From assembly GCA_010093705.1 (NCBI GenBank), contig MU006092.1, forward strand, positions 1,640,111 to 1,691,054: a stretch of DNA of 50,944 nt. Reading direction: 5' to 3'. Position 1 is the stretch's first letter. Each line of letters opens with the position of its first letter. Shown here piece by piece: positions 38,861-48,721 of the stretch. Below the pieces are notes generated by a model. It did not search any database, was not told the origin of the DNA, and was given only the letters and a program-made list of their open reading frames with translations. Origin of the DNA: Patellaria atrata CBS 101060 (Eukaryota). A program made the translations under genes and the position numbers.

Positions 38861-39468
38861 ATGGGTAGAGAAGTCGTACTGGTGGTGACTCTGGGTTCTG
38901 GATGCAAATCAGCTCAAGCATCTCGAAGGAATTTGGAAGGAACTCTCACCATGCCGCATTATATGAATGCTTGTCAACATACATGTACCTATCATAGATG
39001 CGAAGACCATGTAGAACTACAGGAGAGTGCGGGTGTTGAATTGAAAGTTAAGGTAGACCATGCTCTGAACCCCATAGGTAGCCAAGTAGTGGAATGTTTC
39101 GAGAGCAGTGATAGACATGTAAAGGACTGCCGAACCCCCAGACGTCAAATTAACGTTAATTGAAAAGTGATGAGACGACATGGTCCCCTGCGAACTTCTG
39201 CATCGTAGAGTGCTAGAACTAATTCTATGTAGACTTAACGAGATGCGGGGTCGAGGTTTCGGACATTTTGTAAGGTACCCATGAGGTATTCGCTTGATTT
39301 AGTAATGGAGCGAAGATATTTATATTATTACTCCAGGTTAATAATACCGGCTTAAAGTAAAAGAAATGAGTTTATCATAGATATAAGAACTTGGGAAAAG
39401 ACTCTCTGTAATACTTACTAGTCCTATACTGTCGGATTGCTGCGGTAGCTGAAAAGATGCATGCTTAA

Positions 39469-39584
39469 AGAGTGATTCTATCTAGCTGTTATAACTGCAG
39501 GCGTGTACTAAAAAGGACGGAACAGTATGAAATCTGTGTCTTAGAAAATAACGAGAATAGTACCAACAGTAAGAACTAAAAGAT
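39469..39584. mobile_element. Internal fragment of family B (Copia) LTR
   Basis: Similar to 40015-40131 (TCTATCTAGCTGTTATA...GGACGGAAC...TGTCTTAGAAAA...ACTAAAAGAT); lacks termini. Confidence 0.75.
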
Positions 39585-39960
39585 CAACGTGCTTCACCAG
39601 TCAGTGGGCAAGAGCAGTCAGTAGGCCACCCCACCAAGATCAACCCGCGTCTTCGCACGATTCCCCCACTACAACAAAATATACTCGAATAAAATTATGC
39701 TTAAGAGCTACTTAAGATACTAGTAAAATGACGCCTTGTGTGGCCTTGGTTATGACAGTTAGAGCACGTTGGTGGTGCTCGCTGTCGCGTCTGACCAGCC
39801 CTATTTTCCAACAGCTATGAGCTGAACCCGCTGAGCGTGTAAAGCCCTTCCATGTGCGATATACCTTCGGCGGTGCTGCTGCTTCTGTTTTCGGCGTTGA
39901 TTTTCCGTACGAAGCTCTAAATTCTCCTTTGCAAGTATGGTAGCGGAATGTATCGCCATC

Positions 39961-41246
39961 TGTTAGATAAACTGGATCTGCAGGTGCACTGAATACATCG
40001 CTTGATTCTCAAAAGAGTGGCTCTATCTAGCTGTTATATACTGCAGGTGTGTACCAAAACGGACGGAACCGTATGAAATTCATGTCTTAGAAAACAGCAA
40101 AAATGGATACCAACAGTATGCACTAAAAGATAGTACTGTATCAGATTAGGAACCCTGGTTACGCTGATACCACATAAGCGAGTAGTTCGTTAGCCGCCGG
40201 TAGTACCAATACTCCAACAGCTCCACCATCTAACACACCCTTCCAGCTCCTGAAGAGCGTTCTTTGAGGCTATTCAGTAGCTGCAAAGTCCGTTCTATAC
40301 ACCTAAATAAGGTGTTGTATGTCGACGAGATTCAGTAAGTACACAAAGTTCTCGTGCTTTTGCCGGGGCAATTGTTTTGTCAGTCCGTCTGCCGGCATCT
40401 CGACCGTTGGCTTCCATTCTACGTTTATCCGGTCATGCTGAACCTCCTGCCTCAACCAGAGGTGGTGGATATCCAAGTGTCTGAGTTTTGTTGTTAACTG
40501 AGCCTCAGGTGCTTTGAGAAGCCGTATCGTCTGTTGATTGTCGCACCAAATTGAGCTTCGGTGCTCTGGATCAAAGTTGATCGCTTCAAAGCGATTCCAC
40601 GCTACTATCTCCCTGGCAGCAAAGCTGAGAGCTAAAAGCTCAGCTTCTGTGCTTCAAGTGGTGACTGTCTTCTGCTTTGAGGCCTGCCAGTCCATTGGTC
40701 CACCAAATAATGAGAAGAGGAACCCCTGAGAGCTTCGCCGGTCGGGGTTACCTGCAAATGAGGCGTCAGAAGAGCTTGCAAACACCCTTCCAGTCGACAT
40801 TCGATCGTACTGAATTGCCAGATGCTTGTGATGCTTCAGATAAGCCGGCACTTTATTTGCAGCTTCAAGATTCTTGCTTGACGGATTCTTAAGGAATTCC
40901 GACAGCTCACTGTGGGCTTTGACAATTTCTGGTCTGGTTATGCTGCTCAACCAGCCCATAGAGCCGCCTCGAGTGTTGTATGCCGAGATTCGGTTTGGTG
41001 GTGCCTCGTCTGACACGTTCTGAACGAGCTCTTCGGTGGGAAGGGGTGTATGCTTCGCACGACAGTTCTGAAGCTCAAATCTATTGACAATCTTGTCGAT
41101 ATAGGCGTCTTGACTCAACCATATTTTCAAATTTGGCCTGTCGCCGTATGGTACGTATTCCCAAAAAATACTGGAGATCTCCAAGATCTCGCATTGGAAA
41201 CTTTCCCATCACTTTGTCTTTAAACTCATGGAGCTTCGTTACAAAC
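39961..41246 (-). mobile_element. Ty1/Copia retrotransposon 3' remnant: 3' LTR (family B) 39961-40235, PPT 40236-40244, degenerate RT/RNase H
   Basis: LTR TGTTAGAT...ATCTAACA; minus-strand GGAAGGGTG next to the LTR; LSQDAYIDKI, TRPEI, SDASFA, W.ASKQKTV, RHLDI, MPADGLTK motifs; stops/frameshifts; truncated by the LTR at 41247. Confidence 0.92.
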
Positions 41247-42799
41247 TGTCACGGGTTAGACCCGATAGGTATAAGTGCCTTGGATGATCCAGCGGCTTAG
41301 TCATACTGTACTTTAGCAGAACAGCATATGCTGTCTCAACACTTTCTTTCCTTATGTTTAAGCTTCATGTATATGTAGCAATATACCTTTCAGCTTCCAT
41401 CTGAGGTTGAGCCTTGACATTAGCTTAAACTTCATAAATCATTGGAACGGGCACTCTGTGCATCATCGGAACGGGCACTCGTGTGCATCACTGGAACGGG
41501 CACTATTTGTGCATTCAATCGGAACGGTTTATCGAAGCAACGTATTAGAATATGCATTCTCCACAGAACTTATCGGAAGAAATGGATACAATGGCAACAC
41601 ATCTACAGAATCGACAAAGACAGCAAGAAGAAGCTCCTCCACAATGGGCACTGCAAATTTTGCAGCGCTTAGACAAGCAAAGACAATAGTAATGCTCAGA
41701 CCAAAGCACCATCGACGCCTCTAAATGACTCCACACAGGAACCTCTGATCCGGAGTCACCCTCAACAGTCTAACAAATCTGGAAAAGCTTTACCACCTCT
41801 TCAAGAATACTATGGCGAACCAGAGAAGCTTGACGCTTGGCTTCAACAGGCTCAAGTTAGGATCCAGATTGACTATAGCAACTGTTCTGAGCTTGTTAAG
41901 TTTTGGGCATTGTCTGCCTGCCTACGTGGTGAGGCCTTAGAGAGAATGGATGCTTGGACTCGTGAATATGGGACTGAAGATCAAGCTACAGTTAGAATAT
42001 TCTTTGACCAAATGAGATTCGTTTTCCAAGACCCACAATCCAAGGAACGCGCTCAGCGGAAGCTGGAATCTCTACGACAAGGAAATCGTTCATTCTTAGA
42101 CACGTATATGGAATGGCAAGGTCTTATCATCGAAGCAGGAGGTGCAAGTTAGCCAGATAGCGCAAAGAAGATATCTCTAGATAGAGTCCTTGGAGATGAA
42201 CTTGCTCGCGCGATGGTAACGGTCCCTTCAAGCAATACAGACTTTAATGGTTACTATAACACCCTAAAAGAGGTTGATGATCGCCTCCGTGCTTACAAAT
42301 TCAGAAACCCAAAGTCCGGACAAGTTTCAAGGTCTAAAGTTCGCCAAAAATCTCCTCAAAGTAATTGGAGAGCGTCTCCCCAAGAGGACATTCAAATGGA
42401 TTGGACACCAACACGTCCAGCTCAAGTTGCAGCTGGAAAGCGAGCTAAGTGGGTATCATCTAAAGAACTTCAGAGACGGAAAGAACAGAACCTTTATATC
42501 CGATGCGGAGCACCAGGATATAGGATTGCCCAATGTCACTACCAGCCAGCCAAGAGGCCAAACAGATCTATGAAAGTCACTCAAGTACAGGCCTATCCAC
42601 AGTTAGAAGAGGAAGAAAGTGTATCAAAGTCGGAAAACTAAATGCTCCTGTTGAAAAGCGCCAACAGGAGCAAAGCGGGAAGGATGCAGTAGAAGTAAAA
42701 AAGCAATAGGAGAATAACTAGTTAGAAATGGAACGTAAATCACTTTTAGTTTCTATACTACTTAATTAAGAGTCTTATGGAAGAGCTCATATTGATACT
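41247..42799 (+). mobile_element. Ty3/Gypsy 5' remnant (family D): 5' LTR 41247-41419, gag ~41582-42641 with stops, start of protease
   Basis: TGTCAC...TTGACA LTR; gag motifs LRQG, MDW, RAKWV, decayed CCHC knuckle; -1 frame continues to RAHIDT (protease site), where it is interrupted. Confidence 0.88.
41440..41527 (+). repeat. About 3.5 imperfect tandem copies of a 24-27 bp unit (CATYGGAACGGGCACT..TGTGCAT) in the Gypsy leader
   Basis: Read directly; located between PBS and gag. Confidence 0.85.
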
Positions 42800-42948
42800 T
42801 GTCAGATATAAGCCTTACTGCCAAACTCGGCATTAAGGTCGGCCTTTGCCGTAGTGGTATAATCTCACAGGACTAGATAGTTGGAACACAATTACTAGAG
42901 GCCGCTCATAGATAATGCAATACAATAGATTTGAAAAAAAAAAAAAAA
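42800..42948 (+). mobile_element. Short poly(A)-tailed element (SINE-like or LTR/LINE-tail chimera)
   Basis: Begins TG at the point of protease interruption; 42870-42908 identical to the LTR-C 3' end; followed by AATGCAATACAAT and A15; no TSD found. Confidence 0.6.
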
Positions 42949-42961
42949 TCCACCAAATATA

Positions 42962-44791
42962 ACGTGGTCTATAAGCGAGCGGCGCACACAAGCGAGCGGC
43001 GCACTTTTCCACGCATCATAACTTTTTCTTCTATAATAACGCATTTCTCCACAACCAACAATGCCTACGCAGTCAAACGAAAGTCAAATTGTCCTTGCGA
43101 TCCAAGCTCTCGAACGCAACAAAAAAATCAGCCGTCGGAAAGCCGCAGCGATCTACAACGTCTCCGAAACTACCCTCCGCGCAAGAATAAACGGCCGAAC
43201 TCCCAAGCGCGACTGTCGCCCTAATTCTCAAAAGTTGACAGAAACCGAAGAAGAGGTGGTCGTCCAATATATTCTGGACCTAGATGCGCGAGGGTTTCCG
43301 TCCCGGCTGGCTGATGTGGAAGAGATGGCCAATCTGCTCCTCGCGGAGCGCGTCGCGGGACGCGTCGGGCTTCGTCAAGCGACGACCAGAGCTGAAAACG
43401 CGTTTTTCTCGTGCCTACGACTTCCAGAGAGCCCTTTGCGAAGATCCGGACGCGATAAACGCGTGATTCCGTCTGGTAGCTAACATGCGCGCGAAATACG
43501 CGATCCAAGATGCCGATCTTTACAACTTCGACGAAACAGGCTTCATGATGGGCGTTATCTGCGGCGGCATGGTTGTCACGCGTGCCGACAGGCGTGGTAG
43601 AGGCAAACAACCTCAACCTGGCAATCGAGTGTGTGAGCAGCGACGGTTTTGTGCTGCCTCCTTTCTTAGTTGTGCAAGGCGTCAACCACCTCGCATCCTG
43701 GTACACCGAATGCGGTCTCCCGCCTTCCTAAGTCATCAAGACCTCGCCAAACGGCTGGACGGATAAAGAGACTGCTATGGACTGGATTCAGCATTTCCGC
43801 CAGCATACAGATGCCCGGCGGAAAGGTGTCTATCGGATGATTGTTCTTGACGGTCATGCAAGCCATCTGTCGGCTCAGTTCGAGGAATTCTGCAAAGAAA
43901 AGAACATTATCACCGTTTGCCTGCCTGCCTGCACATTCTTCGCACCTCACCCAACCTTTAGATGTTGGATGTTTCAGCGTGCTGAAGCGGATGTACGGCC
44001 GGGAACTCGAAGCCTTCATCAAAGCCCATATTAACCACATCACCAAAACCGAGTTCTTCATCGCGTTTAAAGACGCCCACGTCAACACTATGACGATTGA
44101 AAATATCCAAGCGGGCTTCTTCGGCGCTGGCCTAGTCCCTCACGACCCTCAAGCTGTCATTTCAAAGCTTGATATGAAGCTACGGACGCCAACACCGGCC
44201 GGAACCCTTCCCCCCGCTGCCGACCCATGGGTCTCTCAGACACCAAACAACCCCAAAGAAGCTGTTTCGCAGTCTGAGCATGTCAAGGATCGGATAGCCC
44301 GACACCAAGGAAGTTCTCCAAGTACTATTTTCTCGGCTGTTAAGTAGTTAGCAAAGGGTACGGAGCTTATTGCTCATGAAATGACACTTCTACGCGACGA
44401 GGTCCGAACGCTTCGACAGGCTAATGAGGTACTTGCGAAGCGACGACGGGCCAAAAAAAACACGTGTGCGAGCAGGAGGAGCACTTAGTGTACAAGATGC
44501 ACAAGAATTGATTGCCCAGAAAGAGGTTGTTGGGCGACAATCGGGTAGGAAGTTGGAGGAAGGGGGTTCAGTGGAGGAAGGATTATCGCATTCACGGCGT
44601 TGTAGGAGGTGCGGAAAGATTGGACATAATATACGAACTTGTCAGGAGGACGAAGAAATGTCTAAAGAAGAGAGTTCAATTGAATGCAGTTAATCTTCTC
44701 GGGTTGTAGCTATGTAATTGAGTTTGAAGGTTATGGTAGAGTCGAAAAGTGCGCCGCTCGCTTATATACGCCGCTCGCTTGTGGACCACGT
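42962..44791 (+). mobile_element. pogo/Fot1-type Tc1-mariner DNA transposon with both ends intact; transposase pseudogene 43061-44693
   Basis: 47-bp imperfect TIRs (42962-43008, 44745-44791) flanked by TA; HTH domains, YNFDETGF, DGHASH, HLTQPLDVGCF, C-terminal CCHC; several frameshifts and stops. Confidence 0.95.
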
Positions 44792-45064
44792 TATAGCTAA
44801 TGCATTGATCTTCCGGGTAAAGTTCGGAGTAGCCTACCACCCATTATCGGCGTGGGAGAAGCTAACTATATCCTGCATGAAACGCCAAACTACGAGACCT
44901 TCGAAGCCAACATCCTCAACATTTCTAGCTGCTGTTGGCATATTTAACCTAGCACGTCCCCGATGAAACCGTCGACGCAGGCTCAGAGATCGGTCACCTT
45001 TATCCTCCAGCCCCAGATTCAGACTATAGCACCGAGACCACGTAGGGGAAGAAGCACTTTGAAC

Positions 45065-45941
45065 ATGGAGAAGAAGGTTTATGAAACATTTAATAGTGAT
45101 GAGGTTACCGATGAGATGCTCGAGGAAGCCTCAAAGCTCTTCTCCGAGAACTATGGAGTTTGGGGTGAGCACGCGGCACAGTTGATGGGAAAGTTTGCGA
45201 AAGCAGGTAGACCTGACCTAAACCCAGAGTTAGGCCAGTAAACTGAATGTTGGTTAGGTAGTCGCGTTCGGCTAAGTAAAGAAAGGCTTCGAAACGAATA
45301 CCTCCCTAGCGGTATCTCCTCGTATGTTAGAGTCTCTGTTAACGGCCATCTTGCTGGTAACGCTTTTTCCTGCCGTTGGTCTGTTGATGGCAGGACTATT
45401 TGCTGGATCACTCAATTAGTCGTTCACCGCGCCTACCGGGAACGTGGGCTCGCAGTTGGACTTCTTAACGAGACTAGACTGGATGGGAATGATATTTACG
45501 GCCTTATGAGCTCTCATCCAGCTGCTTGTCTAGCTGCCTTGAAAGCATTCGGACGTGAGTATACATCACTTCCAGCGTCGTCTTCTAATTCGATGCTCAT
45601 CTCTACCAGACTCGTTCAATACCGTCTCACTTGAATTCATGAAAAAATATGCGGAATCAATAATGAAAGTGTCGCCGGTGACCTACGTTCGGGATGCTAA
45701 GCTACGGGGTAGCCTTTTCGATTCTAAAGATACTAACGGCCTTGTCTCTAGTGTGGACACTGGATTCTTCGTTGACCATGAAGAGCCGCTTGAGGCCCTA
45801 GCATTGGTGCGGGAGTCCATGGAGTGGCCTTTGGGCGAACTGTTGGATGGTCATGAATTTATCCTTATTCTTCAAGCGAGGCGTCGTTCTCGGTCCAGAT
45901 CTAGTTCAGCGCCGAGTGGCACGTCTTTGACCGAGACATAG
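45065..45941 (+). CDS. Fungal hypothetical protein with GNAT-like motif; exons 45065-45206, 45258-45554, 45610-45941
   Basis: Two GT-AG introns give a continuous frame; exon 2 (not in the ORF track) encodes ICWITQLVVHRAYRERGLAVGLL, resembling acetyl-CoA binding motif A. Confidence 0.75.
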
Positions 45942-46013
45942 CCTGAGCGGAGGGTACCTTTGAAAGACGTGAGCGTGGTTTTTTTTTTTTTTTTAATTCC
46001 ATTGTATTGCATT

Positions 46014-48024
46014 TGTGAGCGGCCTCTAGTAATTGTGTTCCAACTATCTAGTCCAGATGCTATCTACAATCAAGATAAAGAAGAAGAGAAGAGTCTGAAG
46101 GCAGGTTTGAGGAAAATATTACTGGCTGATCTTCGGATGCAGGGCGCGCTCATACCACTAGGCTCTAGCCTGTTACATTACCCCCCTCCTCTCTCTCTAA
46201 GATTTGTCTATATTCCTGGCCTTTTGACGTTTTTGAATTTTGACCCATAGCTTCCAGGCATCTGTCTTGCGGACATTTTCAACTGGTTCCCAAGTTGGCT
46301 CTACGTAGTCAACCCATTTCACCTTAGCTTCCTTGATATTTTTCCTTCCAGCTCTTGTAAGTCTTTCATCTATAATTCGTTCTACCAGCCATACCTGTTC
46401 CCCATCTATCAATATGGGCCCGGCTGAGAATCACTAACTTGTTGTGATGGTAGGGGATCACTTGGTACTGGATGTAGTAGGTCTACATGGAATACTGGGT
46501 GGATCTTTCCAGGGACGTTGAGTTGGTATGAGTGAGAATTCACCTGCTTAACAACTTGATACTTCGAGTGCAACCAATCCAGCTTCTTTGACGGTCTTGG
46601 GGTTTTGACATTCTTCAAGTTCAAAAACACCCAATCGCCTTCTTTATATCTCGGGGAAGCTATTCTAGTTTTATTAGCATAGTGTTGTTGCTTTTCTTGT
46701 GCCATCGCTATGGCAGCTTGAGCCCATTCTGTTGCATCTTGAAGTCTTTTAATAAAGTCTTCTGCTAGCACCTCACCATCTTTCCTTGTTCGATCCCGGA
46801 TAGTGCGTTCTTCTACAAGTTGGATTGGCTCATTATGATATCCATGCATGAAGAAGAAGGGGCTCAGTCCAGTCGATGAAGACTCTCGATTATTGATTCC
46901 TCCCATGACAATCGGTAGTAGTTCCGACCAATTCTCCTGCATGTAAGTTGCCCAAATGCGAATCATCTTCTCAATCTCTTGGTTCATTCGTTCTGTTGCG
47001 CCATCCGTCTGAGGATGATATGCAGTGTTACAACGGGAGTCTATACTTATCGAGACAGAACAGGATAAGTCTAGAAACGCGCCTGGCTTCTCACTTAACG
47101 TGGTCAACCACTGGGGTAGGTTTGGCAAAGTGATAGGATACGTATAACGAAGGCACTTCAAGTTGACGATACAACTTGCTGACTCCTTGACTTCGGGTAA
47201 TGCTCACAATGAGACAAGACGTACTGTATGGAAACAGCGTAACAAGTGAAGTCAAGTTCAAAACCGTAACATCCAAATCTATGGGTAAGATTAATGGTAA
47301 GAATAACTACGAAGAATCTAAATACATGAGGGGAAGACCGTCCTTAAATATTCCTATCCTTCATAGTTCAATTTGGTGGTGTTCGCCCTGCTCACTCTGC
47401 TCGCCCCTCGAGCACGTCGAGCATATCGATCACATCACGTGATCTCCTACCCGTGATGGTTGTTCCGTTCCGACACTTCTACGCTACCGCTCTATGGGTA
47501 ATGCCGCTTCTTCGTCCTATGGCCGTAACATGCAGTTGATAAGCGCTGCTTAATCTTCAAAAGCGTGCAGAAATGTCTCCATAGGTCACTAACGAACTAT
47601 GGGCCTCTATCGCTTGTGATTGCGTTGGGGATACCATGAACAGGGTAGTGGCGTTCAAAGAGTCTTTGTGCAACCTTTTCAGAGGAGATATCGTGCATAC
47701 TTTCTAACTCAACTCCTTTCGTTAGTCGATCAGTGACTACCATGCAGTTTATAGCATTGTCCCGTCCAGACGATGGTAAGTCGGTGATAAAATCAATTGA
47801 GATCTCTCCCCAAATGCGTTCTAGTATCGGTAGTGGCTTGAGGAGCCCTTTCTTCGACTCTCTCCAAATGGTGTTTCTTCCATATACTTCACAATTCCGG
47901 ACGAACTGTCGAACATTGCTTGCAGCACCTGGCCAGAAGAATTGCCTTGATAGAATGGTGTAAGTAAGGTCTCTTCCAGGGTGTCCAGTAATGTGAGAGT
48001 CGTGAATGTTTTGGATTATACGAG
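46014..48024 (-). mobile_element. Gypsy chromovirus 3' remnant (family C): integrase, chromodomain, PPT 46181-46190, 3' LTR 46014-46177
   Basis: HDSHITGHPG...C zinc finger, ISIDFIT, ITSDRGP, STAYHPQTDG.TERMNQ, IHPVFHVDLL, chromodomain VERIID...VKW..Y.EPTWEP; AGGAGGGGGG upstream of a TGTAACA...CTCACA LTR. Confidence 0.93.
47026..47530. mobile_element. Solo LTR, family A, inserted in the integrase with 5-bp TSD TGCAG
   Basis: TGTTAC...GTAACA; TGCAG at 47021-47025 and 47531-47535; removal restores QRLSTAYHPQTDG. Confidence 0.95.
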
Positions 48025-48118
48025 TGTTACAACGGGAGTCTATACTTATCGAGACGGAACAAGATAAGCCTAGAAACGCGCCTGGCTTCTCACTTAACGT
48101 GGTCAACCACTAAGGTAG
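48025..48118. mobile_element. Truncated family A LTR
   Basis: Near-identical to the first 94 bp of the 30523 and 47026 copies; cut by a family B LTR. Confidence 0.9.
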
Positions 48119-48387
48119 TGTGAGATAAACTGGATCTGCAGGTGCATGGAATATGTCGCTTCATTTGCAACTACTGAGAGAGATATGGACTATATACTGA
48201 ACAGTTGACAATGATACTGGGTCAGAAAGAGAACAGATAAAACACCACAGATCCGTGCTCTCGTCAGAGATCTGTTTTAATACGGTTTGACGCTCTGTCT
48301 CAAGCTACCGTTCCATACCATTGTTTTCACCACTGTTTTGAACTAGTAAGCATCCATTTACCCGGTAGCGAGCCTCACCATCTAACA
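48119..48387 (-). mobile_element. Family B (Copia) LTR variant
   Basis: TGTGAGATAAACTGGATCTGCAGG...CACCATCTAACA ends match 39961-40235; interior is divergent. Confidence 0.85.
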
Positions 48388-48429
48388 ATAAGCGAGCTGC
48401 GCAGTTCTCACCAAAACTAGTTCTCCTAC

Positions 48430-48721
48430 TGTTAGATGGTGGAGCTATCGGGGTGTTGATTCTTGTGGTAACCAGGGGTAGTGAGCTAGTCGCTTATACC
48501 ACCACAATTACGGTATCGTCGTAACCTAGGGTTTCTAAACTAACATAACACTATCTTTTAGTTCTTGTGTTGGTGCTATTTTCGTTATTTTCTGAGACAT
48601 AGATTTCATACTGTTCCGTCCGTTTTAGTACACACCTGCAGTATATAACAGCTAGATAGAACCTCTCTTTTGAGAATCAAGCGACATATTCCATGCACCT
48701 GCAGATCCAGTTTATCTAACA
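48430..48721 (+). mobile_element. Family B (Copia) LTR, opposite orientation
   Basis: Reverse complement aligns along 39961-40235; TGTTAGAT...ATCTAACA termini. Confidence 0.9.

Noticed and set aside
41440..41527. Repeat array superficially like CRISPR
   Set aside because: Eukaryotic context, no unique spacers; it is a tandem repeat in a retrotransposon leader.
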